A stretch of DNA of 64,000 nucleotides from positions 41,540,001-41,604,000 of the forward strand of contig JBNRSN020000029.1 in assembly GCA_051313645.2 (NCBI GenBank), read 5' to 3'. This stretch comes from Centroscyllium fabricii. Its lineage: Eukaryota. A program made the translations under genes and the position numbers. The notes under the pieces were generated by a model. It searched no databases and had not been told where the DNA came from. It worked only from the letters and a program-made list of their open reading frames with translations. Of this stretch, positions 62,768-64,000 are shown piece after piece (positions within the stretch are counted from its first letter, which is position 1; each line of letters opens with the position of its first letter).

Positions 62768-62803
62768 TTGATTCACCGGAAGCCTCTTTCAACTTTTCGA
62801 TTT
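62768..62803 (-). CDS. 36-nt phase-1 exon (xIEKLKEASGES), the most 5' exon found in the window
   Basis: attatttttcttccag|AAATCGAAAAGTTGAAAGAGGCTTCCGGTGAATCAA|gtgagg; paralogous to 25329-25364. Confidence 0.82.
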
Positions 62804-63032
62804 CTGGAAGAAAAATAATGTTTTATGTTTCACCTGCAAAATATCAAAATCCGTGCCACTGACCCAAATTGAGAATCGACTGCTTTTCTTTAATTTGAAC
62901 TATTAATCCTTATTTTTATTTTGGTCGTTAAAGGGCACAATTGAAATAGCTAATATTAAAGAACGAAGAATCGCCAGCAAGGCAGCGGGGATTTCTGTTT
63001 TGTCATCGTTTTCGTCCCAGGCCCGGTCCTTA

Positions 63033-63312
63033 GAAACATAGAACAATAGGAGCAGGGATAGGCAATTCGGCCCTTCGAGCCTGCTCCACCATTCACCATG
63101 ATAATGGCTGATCCTCTATCTCAATACCATATCTCAATACCCTGCTCCTATCTTAATCTTTCTATAGGGTAATGAATTTGGATGGTCAGCCGTGATCTCA
63201 GTAAATGTTGGAGCAGGCTCGAGGGGCCGAATGGCCTGCTCCTGCACCTATCTTCAATGTTTCTATGCTTCTATATCCCCGCTCTCTCTCCATACCCATT
63301 GATGCCTTTAGT
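63033..63312. mobile_element. Nested CR1/SINE 3' tails in opposite orientations
   Basis: Minus-strand tail gaaacatagaacaataggagcagg interrupted by a plus-strand tail ending gtttctatgcttctat. Confidence 0.75.
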
Positions 63313-63734
63313 AGTGATGATGAGAAAATTAGGTCCACGTTGAAATGCAGCATTTAGTTATTACACGAAACACAAGTAAGCAACTAAAATATATAATTCG
63401 GCTTGAGATTAACCTGGATTATCGCATAATGTTAAAAAGAGGAAGTACAACGTTCAGATAAATATATAATGGCTCTTTACAAAGCAACTCGTCATGATGT
63501 TCAAAAAGGTTTATTTTCATGCAGGGCTTAGTAAACAGCAATGAATCACGAATCAACATCTGTTACTGAATTCGACGAAAGCGCCACCCTGTGAAGCACT
63601 TGGAAATATTTACTGGAAGAAATATGCTAAATTAAAATTACGAATAGCAACCCACTACACGTTTGCGTCTGTGGGGGAATTGATGCAACTCTTTAATGAA
63701 AAGCTCCTCGATATTGAAATATTTCCCTTTGGTC

Positions 63735-64000
63735 ACAGACACAAAAGATAGGAGCAGGAGTAGGCCATTCGGCCCTTCGAGCCTGTTCCGCCATTTTGAC
63801 GAGATCATGGCCGATCATCCAAACCCAGCGCCCTCCTCCTCCTCCTCCTCATATCTCCAACTCTCAGAACAATATTATCTCACACACATACTCATGGGCA
63901 ATTTCGTTTTATTATTATCTCCAATTCAACTAACCTGCATGTCTTTGGGTGGTGGGAGGAAACCGTAGTACCCGGAGGAAACCCACATGAACACGGGGAG
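63735..64000 (-). mobile_element. V-SINE, diverged, running off the window end
   Basis: Tail gataggagcaggagtaggccattcggcc and core gggaggaaaccgtagtacccggaggaaacccac. Confidence 0.85.

Overview
Eukaryotic, repeat-rich DNA, most likely from a cartilaginous fish (inferred from HE1/V-SINE-type SINEs, CR1 LINEs with (TTCTATGT)n tails, and Penelope-like elements). It contains two N-gaps and no intact long host ORF; the ORFs I can recognise are all transposon fragments, and the rest look like noise. Reading splice signals by hand reveals a hidden host gene on the minus strand spanning the whole window. It has at least 12 tiny frame-preserving phase-1 exons of 15-36 nt (62768-62803 down to 211-237) that splice into an open, K/E-rich, coiled-coil-like peptide: xIEKLKEASGES-NKTAEEKEK-DIGRLKETIKSL-EEQIAEKDK-EIEKLKGESRNP-DKTAVSSST-VKQLKR-ENNNLRRLL-EEKLRQKQT-DLDNA-VKALNKKNQ-ESSPSGKGK. 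Part of it is a repeated 36+27-nt exon pair, and one exon has a mutated acceptor. The introns hold decayed CR1, Rex1/Babar, L2, RTE-X and Penelope elements (with hammerhead-like motifs), SINEs, and nested Harbinger-like MITEs. The largest intron (about 22 kb) holds a 12.6-kb satellite of a 26-bp unit with a 643-bp higher-order repeat, a GC-rich element with arrayed GGRCAACTCGTTAACCA motifs, and two oppositely oriented Gypsy fragments. One of these lacks a tRNA PBS and instead has a 13-nt match to its own LTR. All calls are by eye; no database searches were run.
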